Assembly: GCA_963713975.1 (NCBI GenBank)
Contig: OY970218.1
Coordinates: 1,120,001 to 1,184,000, forward strand
Origin: an uncultured Chloroflexia bacterium
GTDB taxonomy: Bacteria; Chloroflexota; Limnocylindria; Limnocylindrales; CSP1-4
Reading direction: 5' to 3'
Length of the DNA stretch: 64,000 nucleotides
The position numbers and the translations under genes were made by a program. Positions 41,793 through 52,087 of this stretch are shown in pieces; positions within the stretch are counted from its first letter, which is position 1, and each line of letters opens with the position of its first letter. Below the pieces are notes generated by a model. The model was given only the letters and a program-made list of their open reading frames with translations. It was not told the origin of the DNA and searched no databases.

Positions 41793-44129
41793 GTGAGCAT
41801 GCTCAAGCAACTGTCCCGGCAGCGACTGGCAGGGGAGCTCCTCACTGAGGAGATGCGCGCGGCGAGCCGCGGCGCGGCGCCATGCCCGGACGGTCGCGTG
41901 TCGAGGAGCGCGGTCGTCGCCCCACGAGAGATCACGATCGACAACATCCCCGACGCCGTGTTCGCTACCGACCTCGAGAACCGAATCACCCATTGGACCG
42001 ACTCGGCCGCATCGCTGTTCGGCTACGCAGCCGGTGAGGCGGTCGGACGGCCCTTCGGCGAGCTGCTCCCGTCCCGGATGCGCAGTGCCGCCACCGAGGC
42101 GGAGCTGATCGCGGCGGTCAGATCCGGTCGAACCTGGCGTGGCGTTGGCACGGTCCGCCTCCAAGACGGCACGGAGCGTTGGATCGAATCGACCGTCAAA
42201 CCGTGGGTCGACGACGGCAGGATCGTGGGCAGCGTCTCAGTGAGCCGAGACGTTACCGAGACCGTCGAGGAGGAGCTCCGGCTGGCGCAGGAGAGCCGGT
42301 TCGTGAGCGGCGTCCTCGATGTCGCCGGGTCGCTCGTGATCGTGCTCGACCCCACGGGCAACGTCGTACGCTTCAACGCCGCCTGCGAGCAGCTCTCTGG
42401 ATACCGCTCGGAGGACGTGGTGGGACGCCCGATGCGGGCTTTGCTCATTGCGGCCGACGAGCGGGACGGCGTCGATGCGGCGTTCGCGGACCTGCGGGCG
42501 GGCCAGTTCCCGAACGGATACGAGAACCATTGGATCCGGCGTGACGGGACCAGGCGGCTGATCAGCTGGTCCAGCACCTGTCTCACCGATGACGCCGGGG
42601 CCGTCACCCACGTGATCGGGACCGGTACCGACATCACCGAGTCTCGCAGGACCGAGGCAGCGCTTCGCGGGATCGCGCTCGTCAGCCAGGCTCTCGCGAG
42701 CCAGGAACCGACGGCGGAGACGCTCGACGCGGTCCTCGGCGCGCTCGCCGGCGAGATGGGCTACCCGCACCTCCGCCTGCTCATTGTCGAAGGTGACCGG
42801 CTCACGGTGGGCGCAGCGCGCGGCCAGGCCGGGATCCCGGACGGGATCCCGCTGGGTACCGGGATCGTGGGCAGGGTCGCCCGCACGGGAGCCGCAGCGT
42901 GGGTTCGCGACGTTCGATCTGACCCCGACTACCTCGAGACGAACCCCGACGTGCACTGCGAGATCGCCGTTCCGCTGTGTGCCGACGGCAAGACGATTGG
43001 GGTGCTCGACATCGAGGCCACGGCGGAAGTGCCGCTCACCGAGCGTGACCTCCGGCTCGCGCAGACCGTCGCCGAGCGGGTTTCGTCGGCACTCCTTCGC
43101 TGTCGGGAGCAGGAGGCGCTGGCGCAGCGCGCCAACCTGCTGGCCGCGTTGAGCGACTTCGCCCGCGCGACGAACGCCATCCTCGAACCCGAGCGACTGT
43201 CGCCGGCGCTGATGGATGCGCTCCAGAAGATCTTCCCGGGCGACGTCATGACGCTGACCACGCTTGACCGCGAGACCGGGACCTACCGGCTTGCCGCCGC
43301 CCGCGGTGTCGGTAGCTCGAGCCTCGGGGCGGAGGTGCTGGTCGGCGACGGGCCGGCGGGCCGGGCGATCCAGCAGCGTGCGTTCATCGGCCCCGTGAAG
43401 CTGGATCGCGCCGACTACGCACGCGCGGTCCGGAGCGAGATCGTCCCCGAGTCGTTGATCTCCGTGGCAGTGCCGCTCATCCGGGACGACCTCGTCCTGG
43501 GCGCGATCTCGGTCGGTCGGGCGCAGCTCGAGCATCCGTTCACCGCCGTGGAGTGCGAGGTCATGGGGCTCCTCGGCGCGCAGGCCGCACTTGCGCTCGC
43601 GAACGCCCAGCTCCACAGGGAAGTCGCCGAGCTCGCGATCCACGACGGGCTCACGGGCCTCTACAACCGACGCCACTTCGACGTGGCGCTCGACCTCATC
43701 CTCGCACGGTGGCGGCGTCGCGGCCCGGCGGCCGGCCTCGCGGCGATCATGGTCGACCTCGACCACTTCGGGCGGTTCAACAAGGAGTACGGCCACCAGG
43801 CGGGTGACGCAGTTCTCCGGGCGTTCGCGGGCTTGATGCGCGAGCGCCTCCGCTCGAGCGATCTCGTCGCGCGCTATGGGGGCGAGGAGTTCGTGGTAAT
43901 CCTCGAGGACTGTGGGCTCGAGGAGGCGACCCTGGTCGCCGAGGACATCCGATCCTCGTTGGAGGCGCGGATCATCGAGGGCCCGGCCGGAGAGCAGCTC
44001 AGTGCGCGCGTCTCAGCGGGGTGTGCCGCGATCGACCCGACCGAGGCGACGAAGGAGGCACTCCTGCGAGTCGCCGACGCGGCGCTGTTCCGAGCCAAGC
44101 GCAGCGGTCGAAACCGGGTGGCGTCCTGA
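41793..44129 (+). CDS. PAS-PAS-GAF-GAF-GGDEF diguanylate cyclase (start uncertain)
   Basis: Two PAS/PAC, two GAF, DGLTGLYNRR, RSSD-x5-GGEEF. Confidence 0.9.
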   Translation: MSMLKQLSRQRLAGELLTEEMRAASRGAAPCPDGRVSRSAVVAPREITIDNIPDAVFATDLENRITHWTDSAASLFGYAAGEAVGRPFGELLPSRMRSAATEAELIAAVRSGRTWRGVGTVRLQDGTERWIESTVKPWVDDGRIVGSVSVSRDVTETVEEELRLAQESRFVSGVLDVAGSLVIVLDPTGNVVRFNAACEQLSGYRSEDVVGRPMRALLIAADERDGVDAAFADLRAGQFPNGYENHWIRRDGTRRLISWSSTCLTDDAGAVTHVIGTGTDITESRRTEAALRGIALVSQALASQEPTAETLDAVLGALAGEMGYPHLRLLIVEGDRLTVGAARGQAGIPDGIPLGTGIVGRVARTGAAAWVRDVRSDPDYLETNPDVHCEIAVPLCADGKTIGVLDIEATAEVPLTERDLRLAQTVAERVSSALLRCREQEALAQRANLLAALSDFARATNAILEPERLSPALMDALQKIFPGDVMTLTTLDRETGTYRLAAARGVGSSSLGAEVLVGDGPAGRAIQQRAFIGPVKLDRADYARAVRSEIVPESLISVAVPLIRDDLVLGAISVGRAQLEHPFTAVECEVMGLLGAQAALALANAQLHREVAELAIHDGLTGLYNRRHFDVALDLILARWRRRGPAAGLAAIMVDLDHFGRFNKEYGHQAGDAVLRAFAGLMRERLRSSDLVARYGGEEFVVILEDCGLEEATLVAEDIRSSLEARIIEGPAGEQLSARVSAGCAAIDPTEATKEALLRVADAALFRAKRSGRNRVAS

Positions 44130-44154
44130 TGCGGCCAGCCGGGAATGGCCAGGA

Positions 44155-44282
44155 TTGGCCCGTGGCTGCGCCCGGTCAAAGCCGAAGAACCAGCGATAGT
44201 CGTCGTGGTTCATGACGACGATCGCGGCGATGCCCTGCTCGCTCACCAGCGCCTGGGCACGCTCGATCCGGTCGTAGCGCAC
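44155..44282 (-). pseudogene. N-terminal fragment of an Xaa-Pro (M24) peptidase-like gene
   Basis: RIERAQALVSEQGIAAIVV..DDYRWFFG resembles the creatinase/prolidase N domain. The frame then runs into the convergent DGC gene. Confidence 0.5.
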
Positions 44283-44366
44283 GGGGGCGGGCTGAACCGG
44301 TCGTCACCCTCAGATCGTGCCACGGGATTCCAGGTGGAGCCCCAAGGCGCGGTCCTTAGCATCGTA

Positions 44367-44397
44367 ATCTTGCAACATGCGGTATCTTAGATAAAGT
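44367..44397 (+). promoter_or_regulatory. Hydrogenase-operon promoter/operator
   Basis: TTGCAA-N16-TAAAGT. ATCTTGCAACATGCGG is identical to 52088-52103. Confidence 0.65.
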
Positions 44398-44448
44398 CCC
44401 AAGGACAGTCCCACCACGCCGATCGGGGGCTGACCGACCGTCGCGAAG

Positions 44449-46491
44449 GTGGAGCTGCGCTTGATCCCCGCGCCTGATGCCGCCGCGCTTGGTGGCGTCA
44501 TCCCCTGGCTCCTCGGTGCGACGGCCGTTGCGTTCATCGCCGCTACCGTGGCGGCACTCATCCGGCCGATCGCCCCGCTCTCCCCTGCGCTCTCGACCGT
44601 GGGCGGCATCGCGGCCGCGCTATCCGGGGTCGCTCTGCTCGCAGGTGGGAGCCCCCTTGTCGCTCGGGCGGACGCGCTCCTCCTCGGGTCCTCGGTCCTC
44701 GACGTCCACTACGACGGGCTGAGCGGGGCGTTTCTCGTCGCGCTCGGATTCTCCGCGACGGCGGCATCCCTATCGATTGCTGGAGCGCGGGCCCGATCCT
44801 CCCTTGAGGCTGCAGCGTTTCCCGCGTTCCTGCTGAGCATGGTCTTCGTCCTCGGGGCTGCGAACGGGTTTGCCTTCCTCTTTGCCTGGGAGCTGATGGC
44901 CCTCCTCTCCGCCCTGCTCGTGATCGGCCTCCGCCCGAGCCGTGCGGTGGTGTCTGCCGGCTATCTCTACGTCTCGATGACGCACGTTGCGACGGCCGCG
45001 ATCCTGGTCGCGTTCGCCATCCTCACCGCAGCAACCGGGGGCCAGCTCGCGTTCGACGCTTGGCGGGCCGCGGCGTCCACACTGCCGGCCGTGACGCGCG
45101 ACGTCGTCTTCGTCCTGGCGTTCATCGGGTTCGGGACGAAGGCCGGGGCGCTGCCGCTGCACGCCTGGCTTCCGAGAGCCCACCCGGTGGCGCCATCGCA
45201 CGTGTCGGCGGTCATGTCCGGGGTGATGATCAAGACCGGGATCTACGGCCTGATCCGGATCGTGATCGACGTCCTTGGTGGCGGACCTGACTGGTGGGGC
45301 CTCGCGATCCTCGTCGTCGGCGCCCTGTCCGCCGTGCTTGGCATCCTGTACGCATTGATGCAGCACGATCTCAAGCGGCTGCTGGCGTTCAGCAGCATCG
45401 AGAACATCGGGATCATCCTGCTCGGCATCGGCAGCTCCCTGGTCCTGACGGCGCACGGGGCCACCGCCCTCGCGGCGCTCGCGCTCACGGCCGCCCTCTT
45501 CCACTCGGTCAACCACGCCATATTCAAGACGCTGCTCTTCCTTGGCGCCGGGGCTGTCCTCCACGCGACGCGCCTACGCGACCTCAATCGGCTGGGCGGG
45601 CTCGGGCGCGTCATGCCCGTCACGGCGATCACCGTCGGGATCGGAGCGGCGGCGATCAGCGGGCTGCCGCCGCTCAACGGGTTTGCCAGCGAGTGGCTCA
45701 CCTTCCAGGGGCTGCTGGGGACGGTCAGGACGGGTGCGGTGCCACCACCGATCCAGTTCGCCGCCGCAGTGACCATCGGAGCCTTGGCGCTCACGACGGC
45801 ACTGGCGGTCGCCGGCTTCGTGAAGGCCACGGGGATCACCTTCCTGGGGCTGCCGCGGAGCACCGAGGCCGCAACGGCGCACGAGACAGGGCGCCCGGCG
45901 CAGGTTGCCATGACACTCCTCGCGGCAGCGTGCGTGGTGCTTGGCCTGGGCGCGGGTGTCGTGGGTGATGCAATGACGACGGTGTCCCAGGCGATCATCG
46001 GGGCCGCGCCACCTCGGCCGGCCGACCTCGCCGCGGTGGTCTCGCTGCCGCGTTCGAGCATCGCAGCCAGCTACGCGGCATGGGCCGGAGGGCTGCTGGT
46101 CCTCGTCGCCGTCGGTGGCCTGATCGTGCTCGTCGCGCGGGCTCGACAGGGCACCCGTCGCGTTGACACGTGGACGTGCGGGATCGCACCCCAGCCGGCC
46201 TACCAGTACACGGCGACCAGCTTCGCGAAGCCGATCCGACTGTTCTTCCGCCGGATCCTGCTCCCCGAGCGCGAGGTCGAGGTTGAATACCACCCCGGCA
46301 CGCGCTTCCCCGTGTCCATTCGCTACCGGAGCGAGATCACCCTGGTCCTCGAAGACCGCATCTTTCGCCGGGGGCACGACCTGGGCATCCGGCTCTCACA
46401 GCACGCGAGCAGGCTTCAGAACGGGGCGATCCAGCTGTATCTCGCCTACACGGTCGTGACGATCCTGATCCTGCTGTTGTTCGCCCGATGA
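44449..46491 (+). CDS. hyfB: HyfB-like antiporter-like membrane subunit
   Basis: FAWELM, GFGTKAG..PLHAWLPRAHP.APSHVSA.MSG, KRLLAFSSIENIG, LPPLNGFASEW, WTCG. Confidence 0.88.
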   Translation: MELRLIPAPDAAALGGVIPWLLGATAVAFIAATVAALIRPIAPLSPALSTVGGIAAALSGVALLAGGSPLVARADALLLGSSVLDVHYDGLSGAFLVALGFSATAASLSIAGARARSSLEAAAFPAFLLSMVFVLGAANGFAFLFAWELMALLSALLVIGLRPSRAVVSAGYLYVSMTHVATAAILVAFAILTAATGGQLAFDAWRAAASTLPAVTRDVVFVLAFIGFGTKAGALPLHAWLPRAHPVAPSHVSAVMSGVMIKTGIYGLIRIVIDVLGGGPDWWGLAILVVGALSAVLGILYALMQHDLKRLLAFSSIENIGIILLGIGSSLVLTAHGATALAALALTAALFHSVNHAIFKTLLFLGAGAVLHATRLRDLNRLGGLGRVMPVTAITVGIGAAAISGLPPLNGFASEWLTFQGLLGTVRTGAVPPPIQFAAAVTIGALALTTALAVAGFVKATGITFLGLPRSTEAATAHETGRPAQVAMTLLAAACVVLGLGAGVVGDAMTTVSQAIIGAAPPRPADLAAVVSLPRSSIAASYAAWAGGLLVLVAVGGLIVLVARARQGTRRVDTWTCGIAPQPAYQYTATSFAKPIRLFFRRILLPEREVEVEYHPGTRFPVSIRYRSEITLVLEDRIFRRGHDLGIRLSQHASRLQNGAIQLYLAYTVVTILILLLFAR

Positions 46492-47459
46492 GCGACTTCG
46501 CTGCCGCGAGCGTCAGCAGCACGCTCGTCCTGGTCGTCCTGCAGCTGGGCACGTTCCTTCTCTTCGCGCCACTCCTCGCGGCGACGATCCGGCGGACGAA
46601 GGCGCGCCTCCAGGGCCGTCACGGCCCCCCCCTCATGCAGCCCTATCGCGACTTGGCCAAGTGGTGGGGAAAGGCCCCCCTGGTCGGCGGACCAGCCGGA
46701 CACGTCGCCCGGCTCGCGCCCGCAGTGGTCCTGGCAGCCCTGTTGATCGCATCGCTCCTGGTCCCGTTCTCGGCTGTGCGCCCGCCGCTGCCCGGGTGGG
46801 GCGACCTGTTCGTGGTCGTGGGACTCCTCGCACTCGCCCGGTTCGCGCTGGCCCTCGCCGCGCTTGACTCCGGCAGCGCCTTCGGGGGCATGGGCTCGAG
46901 CCGGGACGCGGCGATCTCGGCCCTCGCAGAACCAGGCCTGGTCCTTGCCCTGGCCGGTGCCGCCGTGGCGGCAGGGTCCAGCAACCTCGCGACCATCAGT
47001 GCGTTCGGCTCCCAGCAGGGCCTGGGCCTCCTCGGGCCGGCGCATCTCCTCGCCGCCGCCGCCTTCGGGATCATCATCGTCGCCGAGACCGGGCACCAGC
47101 CGGTTGACAACCCCGACACGCACCTCGAGCTGACGATGATCCATGAAGGGATGCTCCTCGAAGCATCCGGGCGGTCCCTCGCCACCCTGGTGCTCGGGTC
47201 CGAGATCAAGCTGGTCCTGCTCGCGGCCCTGTTCGCGGCGGCGTTCCTCCCGTTTGGTGCCGCCACCGAGCTCGCCCCGGGCCCGCTGCTCGTCGGGACC
47301 ATCGTCGGGCTGGGCAAGCTGCTCGTGGTTGGCCAGGGTCTTGCGCTGCTCGACGCGTCCGTCGCCAAGATGCGGATCCTCGGGCTCCCGGACCTCATCG
47401 GCACCGCGTCCCTCCTCGCGCTGGCGGGCCTCGGGACGCAACTGCTCCTCACGCCATGA
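46488..47459 (+). CDS. hyfC: HyfC/HycD-like (NuoH family) membrane subunit
   Basis: KARLQGRHGPPLMQPYRDL.K, FGGMGSSR, PVDNPDTHLELTMIHEGM.LE. Confidence 0.88.
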   Translation: MSDFAAASVSSTLVLVVLQLGTFLLFAPLLAATIRRTKARLQGRHGPPLMQPYRDLAKWWGKAPLVGGPAGHVARLAPAVVLAALLIASLLVPFSAVRPPLPGWGDLFVVVGLLALARFALALAALDSGSAFGGMGSSRDAAISALAEPGLVLALAGAAVAAGSSNLATISAFGSQQGLGLLGPAHLLAAAAFGIIIVAETGHQPVDNPDTHLELTMIHEGMLLEASGRSLATLVLGSEIKLVLLAALFAAAFLPFGAATELAPGPLLVGTIVGLGKLLVVGQGLALLDASVAKMRILGLPDLIGTASLLALAGLGTQLLLTP

Positions 47460-48121
47460 GCCTCGACCCGGTCGCCGCCGCCCACCTCGTCGACGCCTGC
47501 GCTGCCGGCATCGTCGTCGTTGGCATCCTGATCGCCGGCACGCGTTCGATCGGGCGGGCGGTCTGGCTCGTCGCCGTCCAGTCCATCGTCCTCGCTGCGA
47601 TCGGGGTCGGGGTGGGGATCGCCACGGACACAAGCCACCTGGTGCTCGGCGGGGTCCTCGCCGGCGCCACCAAGGGACTCATCATCCCGGTGATCCTCGG
47701 CCGCATCCTGCGCCAGAGCCCCGTGCGCTCAGAGCGGCACCCGTACCTCTCCCCGCGCGCCACGCTCATCGTTGCGGTCGTGATCGTGTTTGTTGCCGAC
47801 GCGGCGGTGGGCGGGGCCACGTTCGGCGGCTCGCTCGACGCACCGCGCGTCCTTCCCGCCGCGGTGGCGGAGATCCTCACGGGCCTGTTGATCGCCATGA
47901 CCCGGCGCAAGGCTCTCTCAATCATCGTGGGCCTGCTCGTGTTCGAGAACGGCCTGGCGCTGACCGCGTTCGGCATGACCTACGGCATGCCCCTCGTGAT
48001 CGAGTTCGGGATCGCATTCGACCTCCTGATCGTGATCGTCGTCGCTTGGGTCTATGCCCGCCGGATGCTGACCATCCTCGGGTCCACGTCGACCGACGAG
48101 TTGCGGAGCCTGCGCGGATGA
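47456..48121 (+). CDS. hyfE: HyfE-like membrane subunit
   Basis: K.LIIP.IL, GLLVFENG, GMPLVIEFGIAFD, L.SLRG end. Confidence 0.85.
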   Translation: MSLDPVAAAHLVDACAAGIVVVGILIAGTRSIGRAVWLVAVQSIVLAAIGVGVGIATDTSHLVLGGVLAGATKGLIIPVILGRILRQSPVRSERHPYLSPRATLIVAVVIVFVADAAVGGATFGGSLDAPRVLPAAVAEILTGLLIAMTRRKALSIIVGLLVFENGLALTAFGMTYGMPLVIEFGIAFDLLIVIVVAWVYARRMLTILGSTSTDELRSLRG

Positions 48122-49596
48122 GCGAGCTCCTCGTGGCGGTCCTGCTCCTCGCCCCGATCCTCGGCGGTCTCGTTGCCTGGGGCCGGCGCGGCATGGTCGC
48201 CGAGCGGGTGGCGAAGGTGTCGTTCGCCCTGGCCGCCGTCGCCGGCCTCGCCCTGGCCGGCTTCGCCCTCGTCGACGGCCCAGTCGTGGCGTTCGATACG
48301 ATCGTCGTCCTCGACGCCCTCGGGGCCTATCTCCTGGCCGTCACGATTGCGGTGGCCGCCCTGGCCCTGGGGGCCTCGGCGCGCTACGTCCATCACGAGA
48401 TCGCCTCCGGCGTGCTGCGCCAGCGCGACGAGAGCCGCTACTACGCGCTCCTCCTCGGCTTCGTGGCGAGCCTGCTCGCCGTGCCGCTGCTCGACAACCT
48501 TGGTCTCCTGTGGGTGGCGATCGAGGCCACGACCATCATCTCCGCCCTGCTCGTCGGGATCACGCGGACCCCCGAGGCCATCGAGGCCGCCTGGAAGTAC
48601 CTCGTCCTGGGGACGGTCGGTGTCGGCTTCGCCCTGCTGGCCACGATCCTGGCGTACGCCTCCTCCGTCGGCGTCCTCGGGGACAGTTCGGACGCTCTCA
48701 ACTGGACGCGGCTGGTCTCGATTGCCCCATCGCTCGATCCGAACCTGATCCGCCTGGCGTTCGTGTTTGCGCTGGCCGGCTACGGGACAAAGGCGGGCCT
48801 CGTCCCGTTCCACACCTGGCTGCCGGATGCCCACAGCCAGGCGCCCAGCCCGATCAGCGCCCTGCTGTCGGGCGCCTCCCTCGCCGCGGCCCTCTATGCC
48901 ATGTCGCGCTTCCACCTCGTGGCGATGGGGGCGCTCGGGCAGGACTTCTCGTCCACCCTGCTCGTGGCCTTCGGGCTGCTCAGCCTGGCCGTCGCGGTCC
49001 CGTTCATGGTCGCCCAGGAGGATCTCAAGCGCCTCCTCGCCTATTCCAGCATCGAGCACATGGGCCTGATGACCCTCGGCATCGGGTTCGGTGGCCCGGT
49101 CGCCCTGCTCGGGGTGGTCCTGCACCTAGGGCTCCACGCCCTCCTCAAGGCGACCTTGTTCCTGGCGGCCGGGGAGCTGGTCCAGCAGTTCGGAACGCGG
49201 CGCATCGCTCGAATGAGGGGTGCCCTGCGGGACGCCCCCGGCACCGGCGGCGCACTCGCAGTGGGGATCATCTTCCTGGGCGGACTCCCGCCCTCGGGCG
49301 TCTTCTTCACGGAGTTCGCCATCGTTGTCGGCGGGGTCATGCGGGGTTACACCCTGGCGGCGGCGCTCGCCGCCTTGCTCCTCGCCCTCTCCTTCGTCGC
49401 CATGGCCTCCCATGGCACTCGCATCCTGTGGGGGAAACCGGTGCCCGAGATCACGCTCCATCGTCCGGGTCGGCTTGCGGGCGTGATGCTGGGACTGCCG
49501 CTTGCGATCGTGGCGGTCGTCGGTCTCTGGATGCCCGGGTTGGTACGGGACCTGCTCGTCGGCGTGGGCGCGGTGTTGGGCGGCTCGCGTGGCTGA
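48118..49596 (+). CDS. hyfF: HyfF-like antiporter-like membrane subunit
   Basis: WVAIEATT, EAAWKY, GYGTKAGLVPFHTWLPDAHSQAPSP, KRLLAYSSIEHMG. Confidence 0.88.
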   Translation: MSELLVAVLLLAPILGGLVAWGRRGMVAERVAKVSFALAAVAGLALAGFALVDGPVVAFDTIVVLDALGAYLLAVTIAVAALALGASARYVHHEIASGVLRQRDESRYYALLLGFVASLLAVPLLDNLGLLWVAIEATTIISALLVGITRTPEAIEAAWKYLVLGTVGVGFALLATILAYASSVGVLGDSSDALNWTRLVSIAPSLDPNLIRLAFVFALAGYGTKAGLVPFHTWLPDAHSQAPSPISALLSGASLAAALYAMSRFHLVAMGALGQDFSSTLLVAFGLLSLAVAVPFMVAQEDLKRLLAYSSIEHMGLMTLGIGFGGPVALLGVVLHLGLHALLKATLFLAAGELVQQFGTRRIARMRGALRDAPGTGGALAVGIIFLGGLPPSGVFFTEFAIVVGGVMRGYTLAAALAALLLALSFVAMASHGTRILWGKPVPEITLHRPGRLAGVMLGLPLAIVAVVGLWMPGLVRDLLVGVGAVLGGSRG

Positions 49597-51220
49597 GCAG
49601 GAGCCCGGCAAGCGTGGGCCAACGGTGAGCTCGCCGGTGACAAACGCGACGTCGGCGACGGTGAGCGAGGCGCTACAGGCGCGACTGGGTCACCCGGTGG
49701 GGGCCTCGGGACCGGTCGACGAGTTGCTCGTGGCCATCCCGCCCGATGAGCTGCCCCACGCCGTGGAGGTGGTCACAGAGCTCGGTGCGATCCACGTGAT
49801 GTTCCTCGGGCTGGACCTGCGCGGCATCGATCCGGCCGGCGCCCTGGCGGTGGAGGAGGTCCTGGCCATCCCTGGTGGACCGATCGTCCGCCTTCGCGCG
49901 TCGGTCGCCGCGGACCGGCCGGCATTCCGATCGATCACGCCCCTCCTCCCCGCTGCCCAGTGGGACGAGCGCGAGGCGCACGATCTGTTCGGGGTCGTCC
50001 CGGTCGGCCACCCGGACCTGCGACCACTGGTGAACCACGAGCCCGTGCCCGGCCTTCCCCACCCGCTGCTCAAGGTCCCGCCCCTCGGCGATACGACGCC
50101 GCCGCCGCCCTTCCGCTCGTTCGTTGCCCATGGCGAGGGCGTCTACGAGCTGCCGGTGGGACCCATCCATGCCGGGATCATCGAGCCCGGGCACTTCCGG
50201 TTCTCCGCCGTGGGGGAATCGATCCTCCATCTCGATCCCCGGCTGTTCTACTCGCATCGGGGGATCGAGAAGCTCGTCGAAGGCCGCCCGTTCGACCGTG
50301 CCCTCGCGATCGTGGAGCGATCCTGCGGCGTGTGCACGGTCACCCACGCGACAGCGTTCAGCCGGGCCGTCGAGCGCCTCACTGAAACGAGGATCCCGCC
50401 GCGGGCGCGTCTGGCCCGCGTCCTCCTCGCGGAGCTGGAGCGCCTCTACAATCACGTCGGCGATCTCGGGAACATCTGCGCGGGCGTGGGCTTCCACTAC
50501 GGGACCTCAGGCCTCGCCTGGCAGAAGGAGCGCCTGCTGCGCCTGAACGAGGCGCTCACCGGCCACCGCTACCTGACCGGGATCGTGGCACCGGGCGGGC
50601 TGCGCGTCGACCTTGACCCGGGCGGGCTGGCATCCCTCGCGGTGTCGGTGCGGGAGATCGACCACGACGTGCGAACGATCGTCCGCCGGCTCGTTCGGTC
50701 GGCCAGCTTCATGAACCGCCTCCACGGGACTGGCATCGTGTCGGCCGCCAAGGCACGACGCCTCGGGGCGGTCGGCGTCGGCGCACGCGCGAGCGGGCTT
50801 GCCCGCGACCTTCGCGCGGACCGGCCCGCCGACGGCTACGAGGAGCTGGAGATCCCGATCGTCACCCAGTCGACCGGCGACGTTGCGGCGCGGTTCCACG
50901 TCCGCGCACAGGAGGAGGCCGTCTCGGCTGGAGTCGTCCAAGACCTCGCCATGCGCCTCCCGAAGGGCCCGGTCCGCGTCCCGCTTGCCACGGCGGCCGA
51001 GTCGGGGGTGTCGACGCTCGCCGGGGCGGAAGGCCCTCGCGGGGCGTCCTGGATCTGGCTGATGGCCGGTGCCGACGGCCGCGTGGAGCGGCTCCACCTG
51101 CGATCCGCGTCCTACGCCAACTGGCCGGTCGTCGCCGCGGCCGTGCCCGGCAACCTCGTGCCCGACTTTCCGCTGATCAACAAGAGCTTCGAGCTCTGCT
51201 ACGCCTGCACGGATCGCTGA
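49589..51220 (+). CDS. Group 4 [NiFe]-hydrogenase-type large subunit (NuoC+NuoD fusion, HyfG/HycE-like)
   Basis: EREAHDLFG, GPIHAGIIEPGHFRF, HRGIEK, L1 RSCGVC..H, L2 DFPLINKSFELCYACTDR*. Confidence 0.88.
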   Translation: MAEQEPGKRGPTVSSPVTNATSATVSEALQARLGHPVGASGPVDELLVAIPPDELPHAVEVVTELGAIHVMFLGLDLRGIDPAGALAVEEVLAIPGGPIVRLRASVAADRPAFRSITPLLPAAQWDEREAHDLFGVVPVGHPDLRPLVNHEPVPGLPHPLLKVPPLGDTTPPPPFRSFVAHGEGVYELPVGPIHAGIIEPGHFRFSAVGESILHLDPRLFYSHRGIEKLVEGRPFDRALAIVERSCGVCTVTHATAFSRAVERLTETRIPPRARLARVLLAELERLYNHVGDLGNICAGVGFHYGTSGLAWQKERLLRLNEALTGHRYLTGIVAPGGLRVDLDPGGLASLAVSVREIDHDVRTIVRRLVRSASFMNRLHGTGIVSAAKARRLGAVGVGARASGLARDLRADRPADGYEELEIPIVTQSTGDVAARFHVRAQEEAVSAGVVQDLAMRLPKGPVRVPLATAAESGVSTLAGAEGPRGASWIWLMAGADGRVERLHLRSASYANWPVVAAAVPGNLVPDFPLINKSFELCYACTDR

Positions 51221-51222
51221 CC

Positions 51223-51567
51223 ATGCCGCTCGACGTCATCCACCGCCTCCTCACCCCCCTCCGCGCCCCGATCGTCACGTCGCACTACCCGGACGAGCCA
51301 CCGCTGCTGCCGGATGCGGCACGCGGGCTTCCCGAGGTCGATCCCGCGCGCTGTGAACGTGACGGCGCGTGCGTCAACGCCTGCCCGACCGGCGCCATCC
51401 AGCTGGCCGCGACCGGCTGGTCAATCGACGCCGGCCGCTGTGTCTTCTGCGGCCTCTGTGCCGACGCGTGCCAGCCGGGGGCGATCCGGCTCGGACGGCG
51501 CATCGAGCTGGCGGCATCAGACCGGACGGCCCTCGTGGAGCTATCGGGCCTTGGGAACCGACCGTGA
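51223..51567 (+). CDS. 2x[4Fe-4S] ferredoxin subunit (HyfH/NuoI-like)
   Basis: CERDGACVNACP and CVFCGLCADACQ. Confidence 0.85.
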   Translation: MPLDVIHRLLTPLRAPIVTSHYPDEPPLLPDAARGLPEVDPARCERDGACVNACPTGAIQLAATGWSIDAGRCVFCGLCADACQPGAIRLGRRIELAASDRTALVELSGLGNRP

Positions 51568-52049
51568 GCGCCGAACCGGTCGCCGATGCGACGCGGGCCG
51601 ACGATCGTCTTCGGGCGTGGATCGCCCGGCACCTGGGCAGGTCGCTGCACGTACGCCACCTCGATGCCGGCTCGTGCAACGGCTGCGACTGGGAGATCGC
51701 GGCACTCCTCAATCCCTACCACGACGTGCAGCGCCTGGGGATCGACTTCGTCGCATCGCCGCGCCACGCTGACCTGCTGCTCGTCACGGGGATCATGACC
51801 CGCAACCTCGAGGAGGCGGCGCGACGGACATACGATGCGATGGCGGAGCCGAGGCTGGTTGTCGCTGTCGGTGCGTGTGCGATCAGTGGCGGCGTCTTCG
51901 CCGGCAGCTACGCCGGCCGAGACGGTATCGGCGGGACGCTGCCGGTCGATGTCTTCGTTCCGGGCTGCCCACCGCGGCCAGAGGCGATCATCGAGGGCAT
52001 CCTCATGGCGGTCGGCAGACGCGATCCTCGTCGCGGCCGGAGCGGCTGA
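51564..52049 (+). CDS. Hydrogenase small subunit (HyfI/NuoB-like)
   Basis: DAGSCNGCDWEI, ASPRHAD.LLVTG, VGACA, PGCPPRP. Confidence 0.9.
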   Translation: MSAEPVADATRADDRLRAWIARHLGRSLHVRHLDAGSCNGCDWEIAALLNPYHDVQRLGIDFVASPRHADLLLVTGIMTRNLEEAARRTYDAMAEPRLVVAVGACAISGGVFAGSYAGRDGIGGTLPVDVFVPGCPPRPEAIIEGILMAVGRRDPRRGRSG

Positions 52050-52087
52050 CGCGTGGGACTGGGCACCGTCCCGCTCGTAATATCCAT

